Origin: Balanoglossus misakiensis
Taxonomy: Eukaryota; Animalia; Hemichordata
DNA length: 64,000 nt
Assembly (NCBI GenBank): GCA_040954595.2
Contig: CM082587.2
Span: forward strand, 4,948,206-5,012,205
Direction of reading: 5' to 3'
Shown here: positions 60,601 to 64,000 of the stretch, one piece after another
Position numbering within the stretch: position 1 is the first letter of the stretch
Layout of the letters: each line of letters starts with the position of its first letter
Made by a program: the position numbers and the translations under genes
The notes under the pieces: generated by a model
Database searches by the model: none
Seen by the model: the letters and a program-made list of their open reading frames with translations, nothing else
Told to the model about the DNA's origin: nothing

Positions 60601-62512
60601 TGAACACTTTGATAAGCCAGGTACATAAACATGGGCTTCCGTCTGTCGTGATTGTCGATGAAATCCACGGCTTTGTCGGTGAATAGATACTGCAATGTCA
60701 AAAGACAGTAGATGAAGGGATGGCTCACCTCTGTTACCTGAGAGGTGGCTTGGGCAATGAATGTTGAAAACATCACTTGATTCAAAGATAATTTCAATAC
60801 TCACTGAAGAATAAGTCCCATTTTGACTCCGGTCGGGATTCAGGTCATCGTGAAGGTCAAGACTTCCAGCTGTAGGCATATTGGAGCATTTATATGAGAA
60901 CCTCGTGCTCGTTTTTGTCAGTAGTGAGCATTATTTTGGTTTTCAGTAGCCACCATACACCGAGAACTCTGTACGCAATCGTTCAATTTGTTTGAAAGCA
61001 AGAGTCTTTCATGTACTTACATGCTGTGTGGGCATAGTGGTCCCCAGCTGCTAAATAGTAGCCATAAAATCGATCAAAACCACGCCTGGTCGGCGTGTAT
61101 TCCTCTTTACAAAATCCTAAATGCCACCTGTTCACAAAAATTATGGACATCAGATCGTTGGCTCGATCATTATCTAAATTTCTCGGTTTTGAGCCGCATG
61201 AGGGCAGCTATACAAGGACACGTTACGTAATACTTACTTCCCAACCATGTAAGTTGAATAACCAAGTCGCTGGAGCGTTTCGGGTAGAAATGTTAGATTC
61301 AGCGGAACTCCGAACGGCAAACGCGCGCCGGGCCCTCCTGCCTGTTAACAGATCATTGCAGAACACGTGTGTTTAGCCTAGGAAACAATTGCTCGACTTA
61401 TGCAACACTGGGGTGATCGAGAAACTGAAACAGCCGAAAGCAGAATTGGTCCTATTTCATAGGGAAGGGCATAATTATGGGGAAAGTGATTACTTCTGAT
61501 ACTGGCGTATGCATGTTGGCTTAAGTAAAACAAACACATAACAAACTGGACCTGATATCTGAGGCGAAATGGATAGTAGCCAGTCATCAGTGCTGCTCTT
61601 GTTCTGAAAGGAACAAGAAAGTCAAACTATTAGAAATACATAAAGTTTAGTATTATAATCGACAAAGGTACATGACGGCTGCTTTGTCATCGACAAAATA
61701 CTAAAAAAAAGCCCCCCCCCCCCCCCCCCCCCGCCCGCTCTGTCGTGGCTCTGATTGTTCACAGTACTATACACACGCCATCGAAAGATGGTTGTACTCA
61801 CGGACTGCACGTCTGCGTCACGTACGACTGATTCAGAATCACGCCCTCCCTGGCCAGTTTGTCGAGTGTAGGACTGATGACGTAAGGATTGTTATAGCCC
61901 ACATCGGCCCACCCTATCAAAAATAACATATAGCGTTTTCCATCAGTGCCGGTGTCTTGGTTACCATGGACTATGAGAAATACGTTACCACGTCATCGGG
62001 TATATGGCTTTAGGCTAACGTTTCGTCAGAAAGATGAATACATTTGTTTGAATCTGTCACGGTATATGCAGGATGTCTGGACCTATAATTCTAGCCGGGT
62101 CGGTGTAACCATAGACCCTCGAGGGTCTATGGTGTAACTGAAGTAAAATAAGTGACTTTTTTCCTGAAAGGGTCGACAGGTTAAAGGTTAACGCTGGTAA
62201 ACAAGTCAGTGAAAACGATAGGACATGCCTTCTTAATTCTCTACCTGTTCCCAACAGCAACGATATAAACATCCACAGAATTATGATATCGGGGGGGGGG
62301 GGGAGGGGGGTCTTGATCTGGCTAAAATGGTGCGTGTCCACAGAAAAGAGTGATGTTAAAATGCATATATTCTTACCTAGGTCATCAGCGAGAACAAATA
62401 TGATGTTTGGCTTCTGGGAGTGTATGTTGTCCCATTTGAGCAGCCACGTCGCCACAACGTATACACAGCACAACACGCCACACACAGCCAACCGTCTTCG
62501 GCCGCAAAGCAT
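57620..62512 (-). CDS. ARSB: Arylsulfatase B/I/J-like sulfatase, multi-exon
   Basis: N-terminal hydrophobic anchor; [19 protein letters not shown]; formylglycine motif [13 protein letters not shown] (split by an intron); [13 protein letters not shown]; [12 protein letters not shown]; [17 protein letters not shown]; [15 protein letters not shown]; HVVDWYPTL; [10 protein letters not shown]...GGVWSHGWC*. Confidence 0.92.
58938..59528. mobile_element. MITE with 27-bp perfect TIRs in an ARSB intron (probably Harbinger-like)
   Basis: AGAGAGGTTTAGTTACACGTAAATACG at 58938-58964 and its exact reverse complement at 59502-59528. ATT direct repeats lie at 58935-58937 and 59529-59531. The subterminal regions are rich in TACGCGT/ACGT. 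Confidence 0.88.
62103..62138. mobile_element. P-element-like footprint: palindrome flanked by the 7-bp direct repeat GTGTAAC
   Basis: GTGTAAC (62103-62109), CATAGACCCTCGAGGGTCTATG (62110-62131), GTGTAAC (62132-62138). Confidence 0.72.
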
Positions 62513-64000
62513 GGCTCAATCGCCTCGCCCGTAATGCAATGCATCCCGACTGACGAATTGTAATTTGAGCTAACCTGTTTGCATATGAACACACGTTTCA
62601 AAGTTTACCCCCAAATAGCGTGTGTAGCACTGTAGCTACCGTTTCGTTGGACAGCTCTGATCTAATATTGACAGATACAGCATCACTGGCTATCCTGAAA
62701 GAATAATTGTTACCTCGAGGTGCATCTCTAAACTATGCAAAAATGATATATGATTAAATTTATATTAATTGGATTTTTTATTAAAATAACATTTACGCAC
62801 GAACATACTTCTCACCTATCCTAATTACCCTAGCCGAAAAGGTCACTAATATGTTATTATGGGGAAATCAAATGAATAGAAACATCATATTAGGGCCTGT
62901 ACATGTACCCGGGGGGTTGTTCTCTTTACTACAGTATCGTTTAAGAGAAAAGCCATAGTGTATGTCTACACGTTAATAGGTGTGCGTTCCCCGGGCATTC
63001 CAGCCTGTTTCCCCGTCTAATCGCAGGAGTCACAACACTATTTACCAAGTGTATTTGTACAAATGATCATGTCATTTACCAAATTGAAGGTACGGATTTC
63101 TGCATGTTGATTTTGCACAAGTCAGCACTGGCATTCATTTTCAGTTTTGTATTTATGTGCGACCATTTTGTTTTGTCTCTATGCACGTACACCGGTAACA
63201 CCAGGCACCTGTGGGTCTGCCCATATTCGCTGTAGTTCTTATGGCTGTACTGCTAGGGCGTTTATTGCTTATTTTTCGCCAGGCCTTCAAGGGTCTAGTA
63301 TATTATCTTGTTTTGGCATTTGTGAGTTTACTTTACACACTCAGCATACCCGACCTTTAATACCGACGTTTCGAAATCAAGGGGGCACGAACTCACTCTC
63401 ATCACGTGTGGGTCTCTTTATGTTCTGATTGGTTGGTTGTTTAGAGCGAAGTCCCACTAGGAAATAAATTCCTCGGGCTTTGACACCATGAAACTTTTGC
63501 CGTAATAAAAAAACATATATTACGTGGTAACCGTGATTAATGTCTAAAGCAACACTGAGACGTGTCGACGTCACCGTTACATTAAAGTGACAGGTCAACA
63601 GGTCCAAAATTACTCGTCAACACTGAAACGAAATGCACGGTGTTGTCCTAGTGAATACGCCTACCTATTTCAACAATGTCAAAGACTTTACGTATTTGTA
63701 CTCTATGTGTTAGTGAAACATTGTGAGTCCCATATATGTATGAAAAATAATTTATCACCCCCTTTGTGTAAAATAATTAATTACACCGTACAGGTATATA
63801 CCGTTTCAATGCTTCTGCAAAATGCTTATCGCCGTTGCTACAGCCAAACAACCATAAGACCCCATGACGTTTGAGTTTGTAGTCCGTCTTTCTCTTTAAA
63901 GTATACTAAAGTGTTTACCTCTGGACAAGGAGCTCTAAATGTTTGTGACGTAGCCGTCAACTGTGTTGAGCAGCGCCTTATAGTCACTTGACAGTAATCA

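Noticed and set aside
63363-63410. Minus-strand GTGATGA...CGAAAC resembling a Penelope-associated hammerhead ribozyme
   Set aside because: The core reads GUGAUGA rather than CUGAUGA and stem II pairs poorly. At best it is a decayed copy; an Infernal search would be needed.

Overview
Gene-dense eukaryotic (metazoan) DNA with GT-AG introns. It looks like a marine invertebrate deuterostome (hemichordate, amphioxus or echinoderm-like), but the taxon is a guess. Nine protein-coding genes can be supported. In order: pappalysin (PAPP-A, +), torsin-1A-interacting protein (LAP1/LULL1-like, -), HSD17B7 (+), a type II membrane torsin AAA+ ATPase (TOR4A-like, -), a TPR+CHAT TTC28-like gene (+), CATSPERB (-), a small five-exon TEX26-like gene that the ORF track shows only in fragments (+), a large acidic orphan protein (-) and arylsulfatase B-like (-). 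Several MITEs are present, plus three 20-22 bp CATAGAC...GTCTATG palindromes flanked by 7-bp direct repeats that look like P-element footprints. Three leads stand out: (1) the orphan protein carries AKAP-like amphipathic helices, FFAT motifs, RVxF motifs and two novel internal repeat families; (2) it lies in a putative RFX-driven sperm-flagellum cluster with CATSPERB and TEX26-like; (3) a torsin sits about 4 kb from its arginine-finger activator, with similar gene architecture. All homology calls come from motif recognition by eye, not database searches. Exon boundaries were read manually.
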